Position numbers and translations under genes: made by a program. Below the pieces are notes generated by a model, which was not told the DNA's origin, did no database searches, and saw nothing but the letters and a program-made list of their open reading frames with translations. Source: an uncultured Gemmataceae bacterium (GTDB taxonomy: Bacteria; Planctomycetota; Planctomycetia; Gemmatales; Gemmataceae). Taken from it: DNA of 64,000 nt. Numbering within the stretch: the first letter of the stretch is position 1; every line of letters begins with the position of its first letter. This document shows, piece by piece, positions 10,880 to 21,135 of this stretch. The stretch is taken from assembly GCA_963750165.1 (NCBI GenBank), contig CAVVPN010000003.1, forward strand, positions 1,952,001 to 2,016,000, given 5' to 3'.

Positions 10880-10972
10880 ATGGGTACTCTCGAGATCGTC
10901 CTCTTGATCGTCGTGCTGCTGGTTCTGTTCGGCGGCGGTGGCGGCTATTATTGGAGCCGCCGTGGGCGGTAA
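10880..10972 (+). CDS. 30 aa single-TM protein (DUF3309-like)
   Basis: GGGAGG RBS; MGTLEIVLLIVVLLVLFGGGGGYYWSRRGR. Confidence 0.7.
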   Translation: MGTLEIVLLIVVLLVLFGGGGGYYWSRRGR

Positions 10973-11107
10973 GGATTCTCTGGCCTGTCGCAGGTTTTCC
11001 TGCGACAGGCAACCTGCACAGCAGGACCAGGCACGTGCATTCGCCAAAGTAAACTCCCGGCTACCACCAGGCTGCCGGGTGATCTCAGGATCAAAAGGAG
11101 CGAAATA

Positions 11108-11515
11108 ATGACCAAACACCACGACAAACATTCAACCGGAGCGCACGCTGGCCCAGGCAAACCGACGACCCCAACGCAGGCCGCCGCCGCCTTCAGCGAC
11201 AACGTCCACACCGGAAAGCGGGTTTCGGACGAGGACATTCGGCTTCGTGCCTACCAGAGATGGGAGGCCGCTGGAAAGCCGGCCGGGGACGGTATCCAGT
11301 TCTGGCTGGAAGCGGAGCAAGAGCAGGTGGAAGGTCAGAATGAGAAGTTCGTCCAGCGGGGCAGCTGGCCCGGACATCGCGAGCGGGAAAGGCTGGAGGC
11401 CGAGAGGGCGGCGGTCAACGAGCGCAATGTGAGCGAGGACAGTCACTACCGGGACAACAACAGGATGTTCCAGAGCCACGGGGAACGGGGCCATCGACGC
11501 GGTGGCAGCGGCTGA
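11108..11515 (+). CDS. DUF2934 domain protein
   Basis: IRLRAYQRWEAAGKPAGDGIQFWLEAE motif; AAGGAG RBS. Confidence 0.85.
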   Translation: MTKHHDKHSTGAHAGPGKPTTPTQAAAAFSDNVHTGKRVSDEDIRLRAYQRWEAAGKPAGDGIQFWLEAEQEQVEGQNEKFVQRGSWPGHRERERLEAERAAVNERNVSEDSHYRDNNRMFQSHGERGHRRGGSG

Positions 11516-11622
11516 GCCACGCAATGGAAGAAGCGGAGGCGGGGTTGCGGCCGCGCCTCTCGCTGATGTCCACAATCTCGGAGGAAGGCGCCCAACTTCA
11601 CGCGAAGCAGACTTCTTGGAAA

Positions 11623-11822
11623 CTGATCTTCGCCCAGTTGTACGATCTGCCACGCAAGAAGGGTGCGGCCCGCATCGACAAGGCGTTGACCCCGGCAGGC
11701 CCTCAAGACGCGGCACACCACCTGGTGAACACCTACTCGGGGTGGATTTCCTCGTGATGGTCGCCACCACCGGCATCCTCACGCTCATCGGCGCCTGGTT
11801 CTACCCGCGCCTGGCCCAGTAA
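11623..11822 (+). pseudogene. fused remnants of an ABC-2 ATP-binding gene and a permease C-terminus
   Basis: LIFAQLYDLPRK...HHLVNTYSG stops at the ABC signature, then GVDFLVMVATTGILTLIGAWFYPRLAQ* follows in another frame. Confidence 0.55.
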
Positions 11823-11833
11823 GCGCAACGATT

Positions 11834-11847
11834 ATGGGTGTTGCTGG
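11834..11847 (-). repeat. putative att site (degenerate copy of tRNA-Val 3' end)
   Basis: ATGGGTGTTGCTGG vs ATGGGCGTTGCTGG at 13394-13407 (13/14 identical, same orientation). Confidence 0.55.
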
Positions 11848-11929
11848 TAACGTGTTGCATCATGCCCAAGGGAGACGACCTGAGCCAGACGCCGAATCCC
11901 GACCCGGTCGCCGGGCAGCCTCAGGGGGC

Positions 11930-12145
11930 ACGGCGTGTGGAACCGGTTGACGAGGCCCTCGCAGAAGCTCTGAGCCAGAATTAGTCCAATCGTCGTGGGC
12001 CCCGAGACGCCGCCGAACGCAATCAGGGCCAGAAGCCCGACTTCGACCATGAAGAGCGTCTGGGTAACGACAAGCAGCCTGTGCCGGTCCCACCGATCGA
12101 CCACGATGCCGGCAAACGGGGCGAGGAAGAATGCCGGGGCGGCGG
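11930..12145 (-). pseudogene. MFS transporter internal fragment
   Basis: PAFFLAPFAGIVVDRWDRHRLLVVTQ (motif A region), with no start or C-terminal half. Confidence 0.7.
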
Positions 12146-12196
12146 GCGCGCCTGAATCCAGGTCAGGCGCGCTAGCCCTCGACTGCCTTCCTCGGT

Positions 12197-13285
12197 CTAA
12201 CTGGTCGGCCCCTGTCCGTTCACCCGCCTCATGGCGTCCGCGAGGTGCGATCGCTGCCCCGCGAGATGGACGTAATGCTCGGTGATGCGCGTGGTCGTGT
12301 GGCCCATCAGCTCGGCCAGCGTCTTGATGTCCACCCCGCTCACCACCGCGCGCGTGCCGAAAGCGTGACGCAACCCGTAGAGCTTCACCTCCTCCGGAAT
12401 GCCCGCCTTCTCCCGCGCCCGCTGCATCCGTAGCGACAGGCTGCACCGGTTCCAAGGCGTGCCTCGGTGATTGTGGAACACGTGATCGCCGGGCTCGCAC
12501 CTCTTCCGGATGGCGATTAGCAGGTCCACCAGTTCGGGGACCAGCGGGATCACCCGGGGTTTCGGCTCGCGCTGCATCCGGGAGGTCTTGTGCCGCTTCA
12601 AGACGATGAGCGCGTTGTCGAGGTCGATGTCAGGCCAGGTCAGCCGACTCGCTTCGCATGTCCTTGCGCCCGAGAGGCGAAGGAACCGCAGCAGCTCGCG
12701 GAAGCGGTCGGCGGGGGAGGGGGTTTGGCGGCTCTTTCGCCCCTCGCAGCCGACCAGCAGCTTCTCGAACTCGTCGTCGGTCATGGGCCTACGCGGCTCC
12801 CCGACGCGGTGGGAGACGCCGCGGAAGGGGTTGGCCGCGATGAGCCGTTGACGCACGGCCCAGTTGAACGGCCGATGCACGATGGCGACGACATGGGCCT
12901 TGGTCCAATCGCTCTTCAGCGTGTCGCAGGATTGGAGCCACGAGGTGAGGTGGAAGGGCTTTGCGTCGAGGTCGTTCGCCTTCCTGAAGCCGTGGGCCTC
13001 GGCGAAGGACTGGAGGTAGAGTTTCCGCTCATAGAGCGTCCGCTCGTCCAGGAGCTTCCCCGCGTGGCGCAGGTAAAGCTCGATGACGCCGGCGACGGTC
13101 AGTTCTTCAGAGTCGGGCGTGGGGGACTTATCCCGCACGGCCTGAAGTTCGCGGAGAAGGCGTTTCGCCTCTTCGCGGTGGGCAGAGTCTTTGGGACCCT
13201 TCACGAGCTTGTGACGGACGCCGTCGAGGACGGCCATCCACCAGCCGGTCTGTTTTCTGTACCAGGGCTTCGGATCGCGAGCCAC
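12197..13285 (-). CDS. tyrosine recombinase/integrase
   Basis: SGART (R), KRHKT (K), YGLRH, MGH and EHY catalytic residues; immediately downstream of a tRNA 3' end. Confidence 0.95.
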   Translation of the reverse strand: MARDPKPWYRKQTGWWMAVLDGVRHKLVKGPKDSAHREEAKRLLRELQAVRDKSPTPDSEELTVAGVIELYLRHAGKLLDERTLYERKLYLQSFAEAHGFRKANDLDAKPFHLTSWLQSCDTLKSDWTKAHVVAIVHRPFNWAVRQRLIAANPFRGVSHRVGEPRRPMTDDEFEKLLVGCEGRKSRQTPSPADRFRELLRFLRLSGARTCEASRLTWPDIDLDNALIVLKRHKTSRMQREPKPRVIPLVPELVDLLIAIRKRCEPGDHVFHNHRGTPWNRCSLSLRMQRAREKAGIPEEVKLYGLRHAFGTRAVVSGVDIKTLAELMGHTTTRITEHYVHLAGQRSHLADAMRRVNGQGPTS

Positions 13286-13348
13286 GGCAGCACCTCCAGT
13301 TCCCTTGGGAAACCATGAGTGCGGGAGACCGAAAGGTCTGCCGTGCTT

Positions 13349-13386
13349 GGCCCCGGTGATTCGCAGTCACCGGGGCCTTTTTCTTT
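13349..13386 (+). terminator. hairpin with T-tract between tRNA and integrase
   Basis: GGCCCCGGTGA-7 nt-TCACCGGGGCC followed by TTTTTCTTT on the + strand. Confidence 0.65.
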
Positions 13387-13394
13387 GACGCGAA

Positions 13395-13467
13395 TGGGCG
13401 TTGCTGGATTTGAACCAGCGACTCCCGCCGTGTGAGGACGGTACTCTAGCCACTGAGTTAAACGCCC
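13395..13467 (-). tRNA. tRNA-Val(CAC)
   Basis: GGGCGTTTAACTCAGTGGCTAGAGTACCGTCCTCACACGGCGGGAGTCGCTGGTTCAAATCCAGCAACGCCCA folds as a cloverleaf with anticodon CAC; CCA not encoded. Confidence 0.95.
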
Positions 13468-13758
13468 GACGGCGAAGTGTGCATTATTCTGTGCATGCCT
13501 CGCCGTAACTTCTTACTGTTTCTATCCTTACGCTCGGCGCTTAACATTGTGGGAGGATAGCAATTGCAGAGAGGAGATGACGATGCCTAATCGACCGCCT
13601 AAACCCCATTCAGGAGAGTGCAGTCGCGAATTCGCCGGAAAAGACCCCGGAGACTCAGGTTGCGTTATTCTATAGATTCCAGGCAGTCCATGGAAAGGGC
13701 AGTTTTCCAGGGATTTCCGTGCAATTCAGTGCAAAGACGGCGAGCCGGGTACTCCGCT

Positions 13759-13860
13759 GCCCAAAAAAGGGTTGGCCTGGTGGGACGTGCCGAGGTAGGG
13801 GACGTGCTTGCCGCCCCTGATGTCCAGCGTGCGGATCGTCACGGTGCGGTTCGGCACGTT
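13759..13860 (-). pseudogene. PTS enzyme I (PtsI)-like remnant
   Basis: Translates to NVPNRTVTIRTLDIRGGKHVPYLGTSHQANPFLG, resembling IRTLDIGGDK...EANPFLG. Confidence 0.7.
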
Positions 13861-13979
13861 CGGGCACGTTCGGCCCTCGCCCTCTGCTCGGCAAGCCTCT
13901 CGTCGCGTCTCTCATATCAGGCGGGAAGAGGAGTAGAAATCGAGAACCGGAATGGGCAAGGGGCATTTTGCGGGAGTCT

Positions 13980-16235
13980 TTACGTCCGGCCGCGGACCAA
14001 TCCGACGACCGACCGAGAGCGGACGACGTAAAATGCAGACCCCACGCATGGCCCGTCCGCCGGTTCATGAAAGTCGTCCGGGCTGGCCAACGCCGTGTCG
14101 AAGATCTGCTGCCATTCGCCGGGCTGCCCTTCCTGGATCTGGAAGGTTTCTTCCCTGTCCGAAGCATTGATCATCACGTACAGATCGGCGTCTTGCTGCG
14201 AAGCCCCGTACAGGTAAACCGCCAGCGTGCGCGAACCAGGTCCCATGTCTGTCAGAAGCGGTTTGAAAGTATACCACTTTCGCGGAGCCAGTTGAGCCAC
14301 CCTCGGAGAGGGTGTGGTCGCCGTAAGTCCAAGTACGGGTTCCTCTTCTCTGTTGCCGGTCGCTGGAAAAGGGCCTGCGGGGTGGCTCACTTCTGGCCGC
14401 GAAAATGGTACACTTTCTGGCCGCGATTGACACATGTCTACTGCAGGGCCGGTGCCAAACCAGCGCACGTCATCGCGCCAGAACCGGCTCCGGCCCAGCG
14501 AGGGGTGGGCCTTGCGGAAGCCGATCATGCAGCGGAAGAATCGAAAGACATCCCGGTTGACGTGGAGCCGGTCCCAGTCCAGCCAGCTGGTCGCATTGTC
14601 CTGGTTGTACGGATTGTTGTTGCCGCCCTGCGTTTGCAGAAACTCGTCGCCGGCGCGGAGCATCGGCGTGCCGTTTGCCAAGAGCAAGAGGCAGCAGAAG
14701 TTCTTGGCTTGGCGCTGACGCAGTTGCTGAACCTCGGCCGGGGTTCTGTCGTTTCCCTCCCACCCGCAGTTCCAGCTGTAGTTTTGCTCCGGGCCGTCCG
14801 TGTTGTCGTGGCCGTTGGCCTGGTTGCGTTTCCGGTCGTAGGACACGAGGTCGTGCAGGGTGAAGCCGTCGTGGGACGTGACATAGTTGACGCTCTGGTA
14901 GGGATGGAATGCATGCATGCGGTCGTCCGGGAACAGGTCATCGCTGCCATAGAGCCGCTGCATGAGGGCCGGCACGAGGCCGGGATCACCCCGCATGAAG
15001 CGGCGCACGTCGTCACGGAACCGGCCGTTCCACTGGAACCACCGCGTGGCGGGGAAACTGCGGCCCAGTTGGTAGGCCCCCGCGGCGTCCCACGGTTCGG
15101 CGATCAGACGGATGTCCGCCAGATCGGGGTCCGAGAGGATGTCGCCGAAGATCGGCGGGTCCTTCAGATTGAGCGAGCCGTCTTCGTTGCGGGCGAAGAC
15201 CGAGGCAAGGTCAAACCGAAAGCCATCGACGTGCATTTCTTTGACCCAGTAGCGCAAGCTGTCCACGATCATCTTGCGCACAAACCGGTTGGCACAGTGC
15301 AGGGTGTTCCCAGCTCCAGAGAAGTTCTCGTAAGGGCTTTCTGGCCTGCCTGACATAAGGTAGTAGGTGCTGTTGTCGATTCCCTTGTAGCTGTAGACCG
15401 GGCCGGTCTGGTCGCCTTCCGCCGTGTGGTTATAGACCACATCGAGGATGACCTCGATGTCCGCGGCGTGGAGCGCCTTGACCATTGTGCGGAACGCGTT
15501 GTGCTGGTCGCAATCTTCCGGTTGGCTACCGTAGGCGTGGTGCGGGGCGAAAAAGCTCAGCGGCATGTAACCCCAGTAGTTGCCCTCCTGGGGATCGAAT
15601 TGAAAGATGGGCATAAGTTCGACCGCGGTGACGCCTAGGTCTTTGAGATACGGAATCTTCTCGACCAGCCCCGCGAAGGTGCCGCGCCGCTCTGGACGCA
15701 CGCCGGAGTTCGGGTTGTTCGTGAACCCGCGAACGTGCAACTCGTAAATGATGGTATCCGACTCGTGTCGGGGTCGCCAGTCCTCGCCCCAGTCGAACAC
15801 CTCGCCGGCGCGAGCGAGCAGGCCCAGCGGTGCCTTGCCCGCGTTTGACCCGGGATGCGAGGCCGCTGCCCGATCAAAGGCCGGGGGGAAGAAGACTGAC
15901 TTCGCGTAGGGGTCCAGGAGGATCTTGTCCGGATCGAAGCAATGCCGCGCGAAGCCGCCCTGGGGGGCGGGACCTCCTAGCAAGTAGGCGTAGAAGCGAG
16001 CGCCGTGGAGGTCGGCCCGCGCGAGTCGGCAGTGCCAAACCCTGCCTGACTTGTTGCGGAGGTAGTCGAAGGGGAAAGTGAAGACGGGAGTGACTAGGTC
16101 CGCTTCCGCATAGAGCAGCAGCGTAACGCTTTCCGCGTGCTTGGAATACAGGGCGAAGTTCCACGCCTGGGCGCTTTCGATCCAGGTGGCACCCAGCGGA
16201 ACAGGAGACCCTTCCGCCGCGCTCCAGTCCGACAT
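13980..16235 (-). CDS. glgX: glycogen debranching enzyme/isoamylase with in-frame MITE insertion
   Basis: NYWGY, DVVYNHT, DGFRFDLAS, AEPWD and HDGFTL motifs; GGGAGG RBS before MSDW. Confidence 0.92.
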   Translation of the reverse strand: MSDWSAAEGSPVPLGATWIESAQAWNFALYSKHAESVTLLLYAEADLVTPVFTFPFDYLRNKSGRVWHCRLARADLHGARFYAYLLGGPAPQGGFARHCFDPDKILLDPYAKSVFFPPAFDRAAASHPGSNAGKAPLGLLARAGEVFDWGEDWRPRHESDTIIYELHVRGFTNNPNSGVRPERRGTFAGLVEKIPYLKDLGVTAVELMPIFQFDPQEGNYWGYMPLSFFAPHHAYGSQPEDCDQHNAFRTMVKALHAADIEVILDVVYNHTAEGDQTGPVYSYKGIDNSTYYLMSGRPESPYENFSGAGNTLHCANRFVRKMIVDSLRYWVKEMHVDGFRFDLASVFARNEDGSLNLKDPPIFGDILSDPDLADIRLIAEPWDAAGAYQLGRSFPATRWFQWNGRFRDDVRRFMRGDPGLVPALMQRLYGSDDLFPDDRMHAFHPYQSVNYVTSHDGFTLHDLVSYDRKRNQANGHDNTDGPEQNYSWNCGWEGNDRTPAEVQQLRQRQAKNFCCLLLLANGTPMLRAGDEFLQTQGGNNNPYNQDNATSWLDWDRLHVNRDVFRFFRCMIGFRKAHPSLGRSRFWRDDVRWFGTGPAVDMCQSRPESVPFSRPEVSHPAGPFPATGNREEEPVLGLTATTPSPRVAQLAPRKWYTFKPLLTDMGPGSRTLAVYLYGASQQDADLYVMINASDREETFQIQEGQPGEWQQIFDTALASPDDFHEPADGPCVGSAFYVVRSRSVVGLVRGRT
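14250..14432. mobile_element. 183 bp non-autonomous IS21-family-like MITE
   Basis: TGTCA...TGACA ends, ~52 bp imperfect inverted repeats with internal subrepeats, flanked by CATGTC duplication (14244-14249, 14433-14438). Confidence 0.9.
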
Positions 16236-16308
16236 AGTCCCTCCCGCTTCTGCTTTGGCCGCGCGTGACCGTGAACCCATCCAATCCGAATGAAGCGGCC
16301 CTCGCTTT

Positions 16309-17322
16309 TCAAGCCGCATTTCCCGCCTTCGCCCTTGTCTCAACAGCCTTTAACAAGCAGCAATGCTTGTACTTCTTCCCGCTCCCACAGGGACATGGAG
16401 CGTTCCGGCCATATCGCTGGCGAACCAACGACGGCAGCTTCAGCAACGATCCGGTGTCCTGGTGGAACATCTCCCGAAGCATCGCGTACAATTGAGGGTC
16501 ATTTCTCTGTAGTAAATCCGGCGACTTAAAGAAATACTCGGCCAGCACCGCGAGGAATTCGTGTTCGTTCGTATATGCGTAGCTGTTGATGTAGGCATGA
16601 TTCTTGGGGGGATGGGAAAGTTCTTGTGCCACGTATTGCACCCAATGCTTGACTGCCTGCCAGGGAACTTCAGACGGGAGCCCGTGTTCGGCCTCTTCAT
16701 TTTCCACCAGGTGAACGAACTCATGTACACCCACGTTGTCCTTGCTCGACGGGTTATCGAAGCCCCCGAGGAGAGACGGCATGGAAAGAATCATCACACC
16801 GCTGAGGTGCTTCAGGCCGACCATGCCAAGTATGTTTTCGTCGGCGTTCCCGGTTGATTGATACTTCTCCCCGAATGAACCAGGGTAGACAAGCACTTCA
16901 CCCAGTCGATGGTATTCCCAATCGTGGAACCCGAAGATGGGGATTGCGGCACTGGCGGCAACGAGAACCCGAACGGTGTCATCGACCTCCGTCCGGATCC
17001 CCGTGATGCGGACTTCATCGAGAAATACGTTGACGATCTGTCGGAAGCGCTCCTTCTCCGGGTCTGGCAGCGCTCGAAAAAACGCGACATGAGATTGCAA
17101 GACTTGTTCCCACGGAGCGGGGAACGGTTGTTTCATTATCCGCAACCGCCGGAGGCAGCGCTTGCGCACCAACCAGTAGATGAGTGGACAGAGGCCAAGA
17201 GAGAGAAGCACCGGAGGTAAAAACCAGCCCGCAACTGCGGCCGTGACTGCCATCACGCCAACAATCGTGAGGGCATCATTACAGTTTCGACGATTGTTTG
17301 CGGCGGTCACCAGCATTGTCAT
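16309..17322 (-). CDS. M90 (MtfA-like) zinc peptidase with C-terminal SEC-C motif
   Basis: NVGVHEFVH, YAYTNEHEFLAV and GRNAPCPCGSGKKYKHCC. Confidence 0.88.
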   Translation of the reverse strand: MTMLVTAANNRRNCNDALTIVGVMAVTAAVAGWFLPPVLLSLGLCPLIYWLVRKRCLRRLRIMKQPFPAPWEQVLQSHVAFFRALPDPEKERFRQIVNVFLDEVRITGIRTEVDDTVRVLVAASAAIPIFGFHDWEYHRLGEVLVYPGSFGEKYQSTGNADENILGMVGLKHLSGVMILSMPSLLGGFDNPSSKDNVGVHEFVHLVENEEAEHGLPSEVPWQAVKHWVQYVAQELSHPPKNHAYINSYAYTNEHEFLAVLAEYFFKSPDLLQRNDPQLYAMLREMFHQDTGSLLKLPSLVRQRYGRNAPCPCGSGKKYKHCCLLKAVETRAKAGNAA

Positions 17323-17391
17323 GTGCTCCTGGCAAGAAGGCCCCCTTCCCTTTCCGCAAAGGGCTCGGTAATTTGCGATCCTCCGCAGTCG

Positions 17392-18222
17392 CTAGGCTTC
17401 CTTCGCCGCATGATACTCCCGGCGAATATGTTCAAGGTCCACGGAGGGCGGGGGGAATTTCATGTCCAACGCTTCCAAGTGTTCCACGACGATCCGTGCG
17501 ATCGCGAGGTTCCGGAACCACTTGTGGTCGGACGGGATGATGAACCAAGGGGCGTGTTTGGTACTACAGCGGGACAGGACATCCTCGTAAGCCGCCGTGT
17601 AGTTGTCCCAGAACTTGCGCTCCTTGTAGTCGGACTCGCTGATCTTCCATTGCTTGGCAGGATCGTCAAGCCGGTCCTTGAAACGACTCAGTTGTTCTTC
17701 TTTGGAAATGTGGAGGTAGAACTTGAGGATGTGCGTGTTGTCCTCGACGAGTTCCTTCTCGAACGCGTTGATCTCGTCGTATCGGCGGGACCAGACCTTT
17801 TCCGGGACCAGATTGTGGACACGGACGACGAGCACGTCCTCATAGTGGGAGCGGTTGAAGATGACCACTTCTCCTTTTGCAGGAGTAGGCTGATGAATTC
17901 GCCAGAGGAAGTCGTGGGCCAATTCCTTGGCAGTAGGCTGTTTGAACGCCGCCACACGGCAGCCCTGGGGGTTCATCGCGCCCAGGAAATGGTTAATCGT
18001 CCCGTCCTTGCCCCCCGTGTCCATCCCTTGCAGGCAGATCAGAAGTGAGCACCGTCGATCCGCGTAGAGCAACTCTTGCAGCTGGCGCAGCTTGGTCCGG
18101 TCTTGCTCCATTTCCGCGGCCGCATCCTTGTGGCTCTCGTGGTGGCGCTTGAACCCCGGATCGATGTCCTTGAGCTTTACTTTGCTGCCGGCCGCCACTC
18201 CGAACCGATTGACATATTTCAT
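17392..18222 (-). CDS. ppk2: polyphosphate kinase 2 family (class III-like)
   Basis: [11 protein letters not shown]alker [11 protein letters not shown] and HDFLWR motifs. Confidence 0.92.
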   Translation of the reverse strand: MKYVNRFGVAAGSKVKLKDIDPGFKRHHESHKDAAAEMEQDRTKLRQLQELLYADRRCSLLICLQGMDTGGKDGTINHFLGAMNPQGCRVAAFKQPTAKELAHDFLWRIHQPTPAKGEVVIFNRSHYEDVLVVRVHNLVPEKVWSRRYDEINAFEKELVEDNTHILKFYLHISKEEQLSRFKDRLDDPAKQWKISESDYKERKFWDNYTAAYEDVLSRCSTKHAPWFIIPSDHKWFRNLAIARIVVEHLEALDMKFPPPSVDLEHIRREYHAAKEA

Positions 18223-18301
18223 CTTGACCCTCCTATCCCTATCTGCATGCCACCGCCGTGCCCTCGACGAGACCGCTTCGACCAGCGGAGGCCGAGTCGG
18301 T

Positions 18302-21029
18302 TCATTTGGGGGACTCGCCATGCCGAGTCTCTCGCTCCGCCTCAAGCCAGTCTTGATCTGCCTGGCTTTGACCTTGGACTCGCTCCTGGTAGAGTTCATA
18401 GGCCCGTGCTGCGATCTGCGGCGTCAAATCGGACGGCGTCTGCGCTTTGGCTTCAGGCTTACGCTGGGCTCTGGCTTCCGGTGTGGCCCCAGCTTTGGTG
18501 TGATCCAAAATCCAATAGGCGAGCAGTTTCACACGGTCATTCACAAGGAACCAGGCCAGAGCATAGCCCCAAACGAACAGCGCCCATTCCCAGGGGAGAG
18601 CTTCCATGAAGACCCCACAAACCGCGATCAGAGTCGCTATGATCTGCGTGCCGAGCACAGCTATCCAAAGGATCCGCGCGGGGCGTATGGACCAGAACGG
18701 GCCGCGCGTGCGCGTCAGGAAGATCGTCAGGTGGCCAGCCACGGACAGCTTCAAGTACATCAGGGTCTGGATGTGCGCGCGGTCGAGCCGGGGGAGGAAG
18801 CTGTTAAGCAGATTCTCCTCGGCCAGATAGAACAGGCCAAACGCAGCCACGACCCCAACGACCCCGAGCACCGTGGAAATCCCCAGCACCATGCGCATGT
18901 TCCAGGCTTCGGGTTGGTTCCTGTAATGAACGTTGTCGTAGGCGATGGACAGGATGGCGCCGTCATTGAGCAACGCGATCATCACGATCATTACCGCGGT
19001 CACCGGATAGAACTTGAAGATCAGGATCGCCAGCGTCATGAAGAACAGCACGCGCAGCGTCTCGGCGATGCGGTAGATCGCATAGCTGTTCATCCGCTGG
19101 AAGATTTTCCGGCTCTCCTTGATCGCGTCGATGATCACCGACAGGCCGGGCGCCACCAGCACGATGGACGCCGCCGCGCGTGCCGCGTCCGTCGCGCCGG
19201 AAACGGCGATGCCGCAGTCGGCCTTCTTCAGCGCGGGAGCGTCATTGACCCCGTCGCCCGTCATGCCGACGATGTGGCCGCGTTTTTGCAGAACGTCAAT
19301 AATGTGGAACTTGTGTTCGGGGAATACCTGGGCAAAACCGTCGGCCTTGTCAATGGACTCGGCCACCTCCGCGGTCTCTTGCTTTTTCGAGTCGCCCAGA
19401 CTGGCGGCATCAAGGATATTGGCGCCCATGTCCAGCTTTTTGGCGGTCTCCTTGGCGATGGCCAGTTGATCGCCCGTCACCATCTTGACTTTCACGCCCA
19501 TCTTGCCAGCGGTTGCGATGGTTGCCTTGGCATCGTCACGCGGCGGATCGAACAAGGGCAAGACACCGAGAAACTGCCATTGCCCGTTTCCCTCGGTCCG
19601 CGCCACGCCCAAGGAACGAAATCCGCTCGCCGCGAATTCGGCGACCGCTTTGTCGACGGCGGGTTTCACCTGCCCGGCATTGGCCGACATTGCGATAATT
19701 ACCTGGGGTGCCCCCTTGGTTACCTTGAACTCCGTGCCGTCCGCGCCCTTGACGGTGGCTTCGGTGCGTTTATGCACCGGGTCGAATGGGAGGAAATGAA
19801 CCGCCTGATAGCTCTTCAAGGTTTTGTCGTCCTTCACGCCGCCGAGCACGGCCAGATCAATGGTGTCGTTGTCTTCCGCGCGCGACGCCAGGGCACCGGC
19901 AAGGATGACTTGGTCGGCAGGGATACCGTTGACCGTGAACGGATCGCCCAGCGTCAGCTTGTTCTGCGTCAGGGTGCCGGTCTTGTCCGCGCACAGCACA
20001 TCCACGCCGGCCAATTCCTCGATGGCCACCAACTTGCTCACAATCGCTTGCTTCTTGGCGAGCAGACGCGCGCCGACGGCCATCGTCACCGACAACACCG
20101 TCGGCATGGCCACGGGAATGGCCGCGACCGTGAGGATGAGGGCGAATAAGAGGACAGGATCCCTGGGAGGTGTGCGCGTAGAGCATCGGTTCGCCGCGGA
20201 GGATACCGACCGTAATAATGACCGCCACCAAAGCCAGCGCGAGAATGATCAGGTACTTGCCGATCTTCAGTACGGCCTGTTGAAAATGACTGACGGTGTG
20301 CGCCTCCTGCACCAGTTTCGCCGTCTCGCCGAAGTAAGTGTTGGTGCCGGTGGCATAGACCAGGGCGCCGATTTCACCACGACGCATGATCGAACCGGAA
20401 AACACCGCGTCGCCCGGTTTGCGCGTGGCGGGCAGGGACTCTCCCGTCAGCGCGGACTGATCCACCGACACCTCGTCGCCTTCCAGAAGGCGAGCATCCG
20501 CTGGTACGATGTCTCCCAGCCGCAGGCGGATGACGTCGCCCGGCACCAACTCGCTTGCCGCCGGGTTGATCCACTTGCCATCGCGCTTCACTCGGGCCTT
20601 GACCGCCAGCCTGGCCTTCAGGGCGTCGATGGCGTTGCCGGCCTGGCGTTCTTCCCAGAATCCCACCACGGCGTTGCAAATAAGCAAGAAGAGGATGATG
20701 CCGAAATCCTCCCAGTGCCCGACCGCGGCCGACAGAATCACCGCCACTTCAATCATCCACGGGATGGGGCCCCAGAAGTAGGTGAGGAATTTCAGGATCG
20801 GATTGGTCTTCTCTTCTTTGATCTCGTTCGGCCTATATTGGGTCAGCCGCTTCAGCGCCTCGGCTTGAGTGAGGCCGTCAGGCGACGACCCCAATTTCTT
20901 CTCCACTTCCGGCATGGGCAGGGTTTTCAGATCGTCCTTCGCATCGGGCTTCGATTCGGGAGCCTTCCCATTGGGCCCCGACACCGGCTTCGAGTCGGGT
21001 GTCTTGGGCTGATCGACATGGGTTGCCAT
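18302..21029 (-). CDS. Pma1-type (P3A) proton-efflux P-type ATPase, frameshift at ~20155
   Basis: [41 protein letters not shown] and ALLNDG motifs split over two frames. Confidence 0.9.
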
Positions 21030-21135
21030 GATGGGTATCCTTTCTCTTTCGTCTTTGCCACAGGTCTTGTGAGTTGGGGGATACTGGCTCCCGCGCACTG
21101 ATTTGGAGTGCCAGTTCCGGCTGGTGCGATTGCTG

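Noticed and set aside
14250..14432. Intein or intron in glgX (insert begins with Cys)
   Set aside because: No terminal His-Asn; inverted repeats and a target duplication indicate a transposon-derived element.
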